A stretch of 64,000 bases of DNA, taken from a virus. The translations under genes were made by a program, and so were the position numbers. Every line of letters begins with the position of its first letter. The first letter of the stretch is position 1. This document shows, in pieces, positions 19,227-26,702 of this stretch. The DNA lies in IMG/VR virus record IMGVR_UViG_3300042504_002519, positions 1 through 64,000 of that record; one strand, 5' to 3'. The notes under the pieces are model-generated. The model was given only the letters and a program-made list of their open reading frames with translations, ran no database searches and was not told the DNA's origin.

Positions 19227-19556
19227 ATGATACGCCAAATTTCCGTAACCGTCCTGGCCGCTTCCCTTTCCTTGCTTGCCCTGCCCACCATGCCCTCCGC
19301 GACTGCTGTGGCCCTGCGTGGCGACGGCTATTGCCCACCCGAGCAATACAGCTCGGACCCCGACTGTGTCCCTCGCGGATGGCGGGGCACTGGCCGGATC
19401 GGTGACGCTGACGAAGCCTCCAGCCGGGACCGGTTCCCCGAATGCATGAACGGCGTGTGCCGCAACCGTCAGGCCAGCCTGGTAGCCACGTCCGAGGCTG
19501 ACAAGCGCAACCAGTTCCCTGGCGGTCGTCCACGTCAGCCTGAGCACCTAGGCTAG
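19227..19556 (+). CDS. Putative secreted PatX/PatS-like protein (RGTGR motif)
   Basis: Signal-peptide-like N-terminus then VPRGWRGTGR. Confidence 0.55.
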   Translation: MIRQISVTVLAASLSLLALPTMPSATAVALRGDGYCPPEQYSSDPDCVPRGWRGTGRIGDADEASSRDRFPECMNGVCRNRQASLVATSEADKRNQFPGGRPRQPEHLG

Positions 19557-19625
19557 ATCCCTGGGGGCTGGCCCTTGCTGGCCCCAACCTGTTCCGCCAA
19601 CCATCCACACCACTTACAGAGAACC

Positions 19626-19919
19626 ATGGAATACACCAGCACTATCGAACGCTACGAGCCTACAGCACTGGATCTAGTCCAGGAGTCGCCGGTGAGCGAC
19701 GATCCCCAAGTCAAGCTGTACTCTGCCCAAGTTGTTTATCCCTCTGGGGAATGGCTAAACCTAGACAATATCCGGGTTATTGCTGGCCCTGGGGAGGCCT
19801 TCCTGGCTGCTGAGCTGGCTGGGATTTTTGCCGACCAGATCCAGGGTGCCAAGGTCAACACCGTCTGGTGCCCCGCCGACGTCCGGGACCAGGTGTTTGC
19901 TGACGACGACGAGTTTTAG
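19626..19919 (+). CDS. Hypothetical protein
   Basis: CCACTTACAGAGAACC-ATG. Confidence 0.6.
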   Translation: MEYTSTIERYEPTALDLVQESPVSDDPQVKLYSAQVVYPSGEWLNLDNIRVIAGPGEAFLAAELAGIFADQIQGAKVNTVWCPADVRDQVFADDDEF

Positions 19920-19967
19920 TCCACCACGATGGGGTCTTCGGGCCCCTTAGTCTTTAGGAGAACCACC

Positions 19968-20444
19968 ATGGCCGCAACCCTGTTAACCGCCACCGTCGAG
20001 ACCATTGGCAAGCCTAAGACCAGCAAGTACGAAGGCAAGCCCGACTACAGGCCCGTAGCCTTCAAGCTGCCGGATGGCAGTGAGGTATGGCGCAACTACA
20101 ACGTTGGATCGCCTGAACTAGCTTGGCTGCAACGTGGCCAGGCTTACCAAGTAGTCGTTGACGGCGATACTGTGACTCCGGTACAGCCGGAGCAAGCCAC
20201 TAGCCAGCCACAGGCCCAGCCTAGTCAGCCTGCTACTAGCTACCAGCCATCGCCCAGGCTAGACCAGATGGCCAAGGAAGAGAAGGCTGAAATTATCAGC
20301 TACATCACCTCCCTGGCTGGCCTCTACGCCTACGCCTACCAACAGGCCCAGGCTACGTTGACGCCCCATGGTGCACCCCTGGAGGCGATCCAGGCGGCTG
20401 CATCCACCACATTCATCCAGGCCGCAAAGCGCTTTCAACTGTGA
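19968..20444 (+). CDS. Hypothetical protein
   Basis: AGGAG RBS; start MAATLL. Confidence 0.65.
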   Translation: MAATLLTATVETIGKPKTSKYEGKPDYRPVAFKLPDGSEVWRNYNVGSPELAWLQRGQAYQVVVDGDTVTPVQPEQATSQPQAQPSQPATSYQPSPRLDQMAKEEKAEIISYITSLAGLYAYAYQQAQATLTPHGAPLEAIQAAASTTFIQAAKRFQL

Positions 20445-20626
20445 GCGCCACCATCGCCCGGCTGCGCCCCTGCCTGGCCGGGCGGCTATCCATTTTTCTG
20501 CATACACGGGCCCAGTACTTACGCCAGATCATTGCTAGGCACCCTGAGGATGGGGCTGCACAGCACGAACTGGAGCTAGTGCTAGCCCAGATCCGATACC
20601 TACCCTTTATTGAGGAACGACCATGA
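20441..20626 (+). CDS. Hypothetical protein
   Basis: Overlapping start/stop with both neighbours. Confidence 0.5.
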   Translation: MSATIARLRPCLAGRLSIFLHTRAQYLRQIIARHPEDGAAQHELELVLAQIRYLPFIEERP

Positions 20627-20959
20627 ACTTACCCGCTGACCCTACCCGCACCGAGATCTTGGCCTACCTGCTGGCCTACTCAGCCTACTGGCGGGGTGAA
20701 CTAGAGAGCGCTATGGATGCGGCCAATGTGCCGTCGAGCAGCATTAACGCCATCCAGGGCGACTTATCTGCCGCCCTGTTTGCTGAAACGACCATGAACT
20801 TACCCGCTGACCCTACCCGCTCCGAGGTGCTGGCCTACCTGCTGGCCTACTCAGCCTACTGGCGGGGTGAACTAGAGAGCGCTATGGATGCGGCCAATGT
20901 GCCGTCGAGCAGCATTAACGCCATCCAGGGCGACTTATCTGCCGCCCTGTTTGCTGAAA
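20616..20959 (+). repeat. 171-bp near-perfect tandem duplication
   Basis: Units start at 20616 and 20787. Confidence 0.95.
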
Positions 20960-21003
20960 TGGCCAGAGTAAACCAAGCCCGTATGGAGGATGACGGCCTA
21001 TGA
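20623..21003 (+). CDS. Hypothetical protein built from a 57-aa tandem duplication
   Basis: MNLPADPTR... occurs twice. Confidence 0.65.
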   Translation: MNLPADPTRTEILAYLLAYSAYWRGELESAMDAANVPSSSINAIQGDLSAALFAETTMNLPADPTRSEVLAYLLAYSAYWRGELESAMDAANVPSSSINAIQGDLSAALFAEMARVNQARMEDDGL

Positions 21004-21161
21004 AACGACGTAAACCCCTGGCCGACAACGTAGCTGCTGAGCTACGCCGAGAACTACGGCAGCAGCAGGCACAGCAAGGCCAGCAAGGCCAGGAACCCCA
21101 GCAAAGCCAGCAACAGGGCTGGCAGGAACAGATACAGCAACAACTAGACGAGGTGTACTAA
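21000..21161 (+). CDS. Small Gln-rich protein (53 aa; not in ORF track)
   Basis: ATGA and TAATG coupling to both neighbours. Confidence 0.55.
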   Translation: MKRRKPLADNVAAELRRELRQQQAQQGQQGQEPQQSQQQGWQEQIQQQLDEVY

Positions 21162-21349
21162 TGGCAACTTATGTTTTTACCTGGGAGAAGGCCTATGCTA
21201 GCGGAGTGCTAGAGGGCAGCTCGACTGTCCAGATCACCAGTGGGGATATTCGCATGGGCATCACCGCTGCTCAATTGCAGATAGCCCAGCTTCACTCAGT
21301 CTCACCTAATGAAGTCCACATCCGCGATATCCAACGGGTTAGGCTCTAG
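21161..21349 (+). CDS. Hypothetical protein
   Basis: Coupled start; terminator at 21377-21402. Confidence 0.55.
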   Translation: MATYVFTWEKAYASGVLEGSSTVQITSGDIRMGITAAQLQIAQLHSVSPNEVHIRDIQRVRL

Positions 21350-21441
21350 CTAGCGAAGCTTTTTTGCTGCCATCTAAACCCCGGCTATAAGCTGGGGTTT
21401 TTGCTTTGGGCACTATTTAAGTAAGTGCTGGTTGTAACAAA

Positions 21442-22302
21442 ATGTTGACCACGCGACGGCTATCAGATGAAGTCCTCGAAATCCGGATCCGCTACACCGG
21501 GGAGGAAACCTATCACTTTTTGTTGGCCAGCGACATTCACCTGGATAACCCAAAGTGTGATCGCAAGTTATTCTTTTCTCACCTCGACAAAATGAAGGCT
21601 CTCGGTGGTAGGGCCTTATTTTTTGGTGATGTGCTATGCCTGATGCAGGGCAAGCGCGACAAGCGGGGCAGCAAGGCCAGCATTCGCCCCGAGCACCAGG
21701 GCGCCAACTACTTTGACTTGGTATTCAAGGAGTCCGCTGACATTCTGGCACCCTACGGCCAGGAGATCCTAATGATGGGCAACGGCAACCATGAGACAGC
21801 CATCATCAACCACCAGGAGATAGATCCCCTGGCTAATGTGGTACAGCAGCTGCGGGGCCGCCACGGGGCCATCACCGAGCACATGGGCTATCAGGGCTGG
21901 ATCCGGTTTGTGTTTTACAAAGAACGGGGCCGAGGCGTCGAGGCTGTTCGGCGGTGCAACCTGTTCTTTCACCACGGGGCCTGGGGTGGTATTGTCACCA
22001 AGGGCACCATGGGCGGTGGCCGGTATGCCAGCATTGCACCGGACGCGGATATTATCGTCAATGGCCACAATCACGAGCGCAGCATCGTTTCTCACCCTTG
22101 CTACCGGTTGATCGAAACCGGCAAGGTGCGGGTGACGCCCCGATACCACGTGCAGTCTGGCACCTACAAGGAGGAGTTCGCTGGTAGCAACGGCTGGGCG
22201 GTGGAGCGGATCGTCATGCCGAAATCTCTAGGCGGCGTCTGGCTGAGGCTGACTCCCACTAAGTCCGCTGGCGTTGTGGTTTCACTGGAACCGGCTAGCT
22301 GA
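21442..22302 (+). CDS. Calcineurin-like metallophosphoesterase
   Basis: SDIH, GD, GNHE, HHG, GHNH motifs. Confidence 0.88.
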   Translation: MLTTRRLSDEVLEIRIRYTGEETYHFLLASDIHLDNPKCDRKLFFSHLDKMKALGGRALFFGDVLCLMQGKRDKRGSKASIRPEHQGANYFDLVFKESADILAPYGQEILMMGNGNHETAIINHQEIDPLANVVQQLRGRHGAITEHMGYQGWIRFVFYKERGRGVEAVRRCNLFFHHGAWGGIVTKGTMGGGRYASIAPDADIIVNGHNHERSIVSHPCYRLIETGKVRVTPRYHVQSGTYKEEFAGSNGWAVERIVMPKSLGGVWLRLTPTKSAGVVVSLEPAS

Positions 22303-22314
22303 AATCGGTTAACT

Positions 22315-22356
22315 GTGCTATAGTAAAGGACAGGAACCTTGAAAATTTGGTGGTAA
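22315..22356 (+). promoter_or_regulatory. Array C leader
   Basis: GTGCTATAGT..CAGGAACCTTGAAAATTTGGTGGTAAG. Confidence 0.8.
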
Positions 22357-22863
22357 GTCGACCCACTTTGGTGGGAGTTTTTCAAGGTCTATCGTCAGTC
22401 ACCCCTGCTACCGGCTATACTGGCCTGGATCCCACTTCGGTGGGGGTTTTTCGCACTCAGTCGGTAGCCACTCGCGGCCAGCGCCAAAGCCTACCCCACC
22501 CCAGTGGGGGTTTATCTGGGAGTTTTTCGCCACCCCTGCTACCGGATGATCGAAACCACGCTGGCCTGGATCCCACCCTGGTGGGCGTTTTTCGCTCGAT
22601 AAGGGATCCCCATTTTGGTGGGGGTGTATCCGAAGACTGGCAACGATATGGCCCCACTTCGGTGGGAGTGGTTCTTTCCCCGTGGTTAGCCCCGCGCTGG
22701 TGGGGGTGGCTCTCGCTTTGTGCCCGCCCCACCCTGGTGGGAGTTCGTCCCAACTCTGGTTGTACCCCATCCTGGTGGGGGTTTATCTTGACTATGGCGA
22801 CTCCCCACTGCTGTGGGAGTGTGTCAATCTGCAGTTCGCCCCCCACTCTGGTGGGAGTAAAAC
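22357..22863 (+). CRISPR. CRISPR array C (11 repeats plus one partial)
   Basis: Three long units then periods 37,44,38,37,38,38,38; terminator at 22915-22939. Confidence 0.9.
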
Positions 22864-22961
22864 CCAATTGTAAGCAAATTGCGGTAGACTGGATTTGTTA
22901 GATGCACCACTCCGACCCCGGCCACGGCTGGGGTTTTTTGTTGCCTGGGCATTCTGGATCC

Positions 22962-23585
22962 ATGGCAACCAAGAAACCCACACCAAAGCTACGATCCAAG
23001 CATGCGCCCAAGCCAGCACCTGGTGCTAGGCGGGGCAACCGGCAGGTGGTAAAAACGTCCGGCCAGCCTGCTACGCCAGCCTGCAAGGAGCGGGCTTTTG
23101 AGCTGTACTGCGAGCTGGGGCCTCAATGGGCTGAAATATCCAGGCGACTGAAGGGCGAAGGCTTTAACCGCTGTGGCAATACCACGATCAGCGGCTGGGC
23201 CAAAGCAGGCGACTGGCACGCCAGAAAGCTGGCTTTGTCGGAGTCACCAGGCGAAGCGGCAAAGGTGCCCCACAAGGCCAAAGTAGCACCGCCCCCACCG
23301 CCTGCTACGGACATAGGCAGCTACCGCACCAAAAAGACCAACCTGGAGCACGTCAGGACGGCGATTGAGCAGGTGGTGCAGTCGATCTGCGACGCACGGG
23401 CCACCAGCGACCTGCGGGCCATTGGCAGCTTGGCTACGGCGTTGGTAAAGCTGATTGAGTTGGAAGGCAAATTGAGCCCCGCCACGGCATCCGAGCTAGC
23501 AGCCAGGGCCGTAGATCTGGGCCTGGATCCAGAGCAATTTATGGCCGCATTGGCGGAGCAATGGCGGATCGCCAAGGCTGGCTAG
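22962..23585 (+). CDS. Probable terminase small subunit (HTH, DUF1804-like)
   Basis: KERAFELY..EISRRL..TISGWAKAGDW..K; helical C-terminus; late promoter motif upstream. Confidence 0.55.
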   Translation: MATKKPTPKLRSKHAPKPAPGARRGNRQVVKTSGQPATPACKERAFELYCELGPQWAEISRRLKGEGFNRCGNTTISGWAKAGDWHARKLALSESPGEAAKVPHKAKVAPPPPPATDIGSYRTKKTNLEHVRTAIEQVVQSICDARATSDLRAIGSLATALVKLIELEGKLSPATASELAARAVDLGLDPEQFMAALAEQWRIAKAG

Positions 23586-24217
23586 AACCCCCACCGTGGT
23601 GGGGATAGCCTAGCAAGTGAACAACGCCCACAGGGGTGGGGATGGTTTGACGAGGGAGAGACGCCCACGGAGGTGGGGCTGCGTCTTGCAGGCAGGATCA
23701 ACGCCCACCAAAGTGGGGCTGGCTGCAAGGACGAGAGACCCCCACGGTGGTGGGATGTGATGCAGTTCTAGGAAGTACTCCCACCGAAGTGGGGAGGTGT
23801 TTGCGAGGGAGCTATCCACCGCCGCTAGGGTTTCCTTAGCGAGAAACCCCCACCGAAGTGGGGAGGTGTTTGCGAGTTGCCTAGCAGCTCCCCCAGGTTG
23901 GCCTGCTCGAGGAACCCCCACCGAAGTGGGGTGTGCTTGCGAGATGGCTAGGGTGATGGCACCCGACCTAGTAAGGCCAGAGAAACCCCCACCGGAGTGG
24001 GGTGTGCTTTGCGAGGGCCCAGCTGGATACCGTGGCATCGGAGCTATCCACCGAGAAACCCCCACCGGAGTGGGGTGTGCTTTGCGAGGACCGCCAAGCA
24101 ACTTTAAGCAGGTGAAACAAAATGAGGAGAAACCCCCACCGAAGTGGGGAGGTGGTTGCGAGACACGGCGCTGGCCGATAGCCAAAACCACGAAAAACCC
24201 CCACCGGAGTAGGATCC
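23582..24217 (-). CRISPR. CRISPR array D (12 repeats; 6 long spacers, then short units)
   Basis: Two identical 36-nt repeats at 23980 and 24053; periods 65,74,73,71,68,69 then 39,37,40,37,37. Confidence 0.95.
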
Positions 24218-24267
24218 ACCGTCACTTACCACCAAGTTGTCAAGGTTCCTACCTACCACTATAGCAC
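24218..24267 (-). promoter_or_regulatory. Array D leader
   Basis: GTGCTATAGT..AGGAACCTTGACAACTTGGTGGTAAGTGACGGTGG. Confidence 0.8.
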
Positions 24268-24316
24268 GGATCCACCAGCCTGGGCACCCTATAAAAAATT
24301 CTCTGAGGGATCCACC

Positions 24317-24469
24317 ATGAGCGAGGACATCAAAGCCCAGGTCCGGGCCATTGCCCATGAAATTGCCCGCCGCGAGGTCTTTGAACACGAGCTCCGCTTC
24401 ACTTTGTCCGGTGCCCTGCTGGGCGCTGTCGCGATGCTAGCCTGGCTGGTAGCCACGGGGCGGTTCTGA
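24317..24469 (+). CDS. Small membrane protein (50 aa; not in ORF track)
   Basis: MSEDIKAQ... with C-terminal hydrophobic helix; GAGGG RBS; late promoter at 24282. Confidence 0.55.
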   Translation: MSEDIKAQVRAIAHEIARREVFEHELRFTLSGALLGAVAMLAWLVATGRF

Positions 24470-24735
24470 TGGACCTCCAGGCCATGCTGGATGAGCTAGA
24501 CCGGCTAGGGGCCATCCTGGACGAGCTGGCCGGGGACAAGCCACAGCCACCCGGCTGGCCGCTGGGGGCGGATGAGGTTGACTATGGCCATGACATTCTG
24601 ATCCGCCTGGACCGGGAAGAACCCTGCCGGATATGCCAGCAGTTGGCCAACTGGGGATCGCTGTTATTGGGTGAGTATGTCTGCGGCCAGGGCTGCTACG
24701 ATACCTTGATCTCCCCGTCCTGGGATCCTGCATAG
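24469..24735 (+). CDS. Hypothetical protein with two CxxC motifs
   Basis: CRIC and CGQGC; TGATG coupling. Confidence 0.5.
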   Translation: MDLQAMLDELDRLGAILDELAGDKPQPPGWPLGADEVDYGHDILIRLDREEPCRICQQLANWGSLLLGEYVCGQGCYDTLISPSWDPA

Positions 24736-25172
24736 CCTTCCTTGGCCAGCAGGAACCGCCCATCATAGCCATCCCCCACAAAAGCCCGCACAGCTTCGTA
24801 ACCGACTGGCTGGATATACCAGACATAGGCAAAGTTCTTGGCCTCAGCGGTGCCTAGCAGGGTAGCTAGCTGGGCCGCTGTCACCTGAAGCAGGCCAGCT
24901 TGGCTGCTAGCGGTATTGGTGCTGCGGGTGATGCCAGATCCTATCGACAGGCTAAGGGCTGGCGTGGTGCTGATCGGCTTGAATTTCTTATCCAACTCAA
25001 AGAATCGCACCGATATGCTGGCGTTGACATAGTTGGTGACGGTATCGGCACTGGGGCGGGTAAACTGCCAGCTAAGCCCGGCTAGGCCAGCTCCTGCCAG
25101 CACCGTCTTTCCATTGAGTGCATCAGTCACAATCGCAGTCCTCCAAGGTAAGTGTGGGCGCAATGGATCCAA
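24696..25172 (-). CDS. Hypothetical virion-associated protein
   Basis: Last gene of the leftward fibre cluster. Confidence 0.55.
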   Translation of the reverse strand: MDPLRPHLPWRTAIVTDALNGKTVLAGAGLAGLSWQFTRPSADTVTNYVNASISVRFFELDKKFKPISTTPALSLSIGSGITRSTNTASSQAGLLQVTAAQLATLLGTAEAKNFAYVWYIQPVGYEAVRAFVGDGYDGRFLLAKEGYAGSQDGEIKVS

Positions 25173-25404
25173 TATTCAGCCCTGCCATGATCGCCGCTAC
25201 CGCTAGGGCTGGGGCCAGGGTGGCTAGGTCCAGGCTAGGGGCTAGGCTGGCCAGCGATAGGCTAGGGTGCTGGGCCAGTAGATGCAGGGCAGGGGCGAGG
25301 CTATCCAGGTGGATGCAGGGGATGCACTGCACGATCAGCAGGGCGATTCCAGGGTGCAGCCCGAGGGGATAGAGGGTGCCGGTTAAGCCGAGTGGGTAGA
25401 GCAT
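25123..25404 (-). CDS. Hypothetical protein with LxSLxP repeats
   Basis: GGGAG RBS; operon position. Confidence 0.4.
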   Translation of the reverse strand: MLYPLGLTGTLYPLGLHPGIALLIVQCIPCIHLDSLAPALHLLAQHPSLSLASLAPSLDLATLAPALAVAAIMAGLNIGSIAPTLTLEDCDCD

Positions 25405-25467
25405 GGGGCTAGCTCCCTACCTTTTTGCTGGCGTCGGGAATATGGTTCATGGCTGAGGACAAGGGAT

Positions 25468-26268
25468 TTAGACATTAGGGGCAAAGTTTTTGTAAGGGTG
25501 ATCGTTTGGAAGAGAGCCTGTTAAACCGTATTTATGGGCGAAATAGCCTTCAACAAGCTGACGATTCGTCGTATCCCAAGCTTGACTGGATATAAGAACT
25601 TCGCCAATTTTTCCGTTGTAATTCAAGCTTGAATCTGAATAGTTACCAAGAATCCAGTTAATCCCGCCAGTGGGTGTGGCAGCTAGGCTACCTGTAAAAG
25701 AGGTTATTAAGCTCCCCGATAAGTAAGCATCTCCAGTACTCTCAGAGGTTTTTATTAAAATAAAAAAAGTGGTTGTTCCAGCAACGGCGAAATTAGTATT
25801 CTCTGCATAGGTCCTAAAATTACCAGAGTTGTCACCCCAATATAATCCTGCATTGGACGAAGATGAGTTAAGTTCAACCAGATGGCTCCAAGGCCCTGCT
25901 GGTTGATGAATTATTACGGGTGAATTGCTGACAACATCTGGTTTGATCACAAATGCTTTGCTGTAGGTGTTATCAAACTGTAAAAGCGTAGTCGAGTTAG
26001 AAATAGTCAGACTATCGTTAGTTCCATCAAAATCAATAGCTGGGTTGCCATTGATTTCTGAGGCTAGATAACCCGGCCTGAGGCTTTCTGTAGATTGCGT
26101 AGCATGGCGATCATTGCCACTTTTGTCCCGCCACTCAGATACAGAATCGCTCACCAAGGTCAGAGTGCTAGCATCATCTGCCTCTAGCCACAGCTCGTTA
26201 TTGCTTAGCTGCGCTGGCGTCCATAGGTTAGTCGCCACATAGCTAGTTCGGCGTCGATGAATACTCAT
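25468..26268 (-). CDS. LamG/concanavalin-like virion or tail protein
   Basis: WLEADD, VSEWRDKSGN, FDGTND, GKIGEVLI, VEGYFAHKYG. Confidence 0.7.
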   Translation of the reverse strand: MSIHRRRTSYVATNLWTPAQLSNNELWLEADDASTLTLVSDSVSEWRDKSGNDRHATQSTESLRPGYLASEINGNPAIDFDGTNDSLTISNSTTLLQFDNTYSKAFVIKPDVVSNSPVIIHQPAGPWSHLVELNSSSSNAGLYWGDNSGNFRTYAENTNFAVAGTTTFFILIKTSESTGDAYLSGSLITSFTGSLAATPTGGINWILGNYSDSSLNYNGKIGEVLISSQAWDTTNRQLVEGYFAHKYGLTGSLPNDHPYKNFAPNV

Positions 26269-26702
26269 AGGCCAGTCGCCACCCATTCGTCGGTGTCTCG
26301 CTTACGGAGTGATGCTTCTTTGTGCTGAGCCAGGGTTGTAGATGCATTGCGCAAGGTGACGCCGCTGCCAGCAATAGTTACCGCCCCGGCACCTAGGTTG
26401 TAGACGTAGATTACAGATCCTACAGGAAAGGCGATACTGGCATTGGTGGGAACGGTCAACGTTCTGGCTGAAGCGCTATTGAATGCCACAACCCGACCCA
26501 GATCAGCTAAGGCCAGGGTATAGTCAGCGGTCTGGGCGGTGCCCTCTCGCAACAAGATCGGAGCAAACTCCACCATTTCGGTGGTGCCCTTGACATAGAG
26601 CCGTCCGGCTGTCGGATCAAAGGCGGGTTCAGCCGCATCCCAATTAGCAGCAGTCGGCACCCCGCTGCCTTGGCGTAACAAGATTTTGTACTTGCGCGGC
26701 AT
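26265..26702 (-). CDS. Tail fibre-associated protein
   Basis: QTADYTLALADLG..TVPTNASIAFPVG..GAGAVTI. Confidence 0.6.
   Translation of the reverse strand: MPRKYKILLRQGSGVPTAANWDAAEPAFDPTAGRLYVKGTTEMVEFAPILLREGTAQTADYTLALADLGRVVAFNSASARTLTVPTNASIAFPVGSVIYVYNLGAGAVTIAGSGVTLRNASTTLAQHKEASLRKRDTDEWVATGL

Noticed and set aside
22384-24191. PAM inference from self-homologous and overlapping spacers
   Set aside because: Inferred flanks (GAA, NAG, GCG, ATC) are inconsistent; true protospacers are needed
26324-26336. 13-nt match of an array A short guide (ACCCTGGCTCAGC) inside a fibre gene
   Set aside because: GC-rich, intragenic, and plausible by chance given dozens of guides
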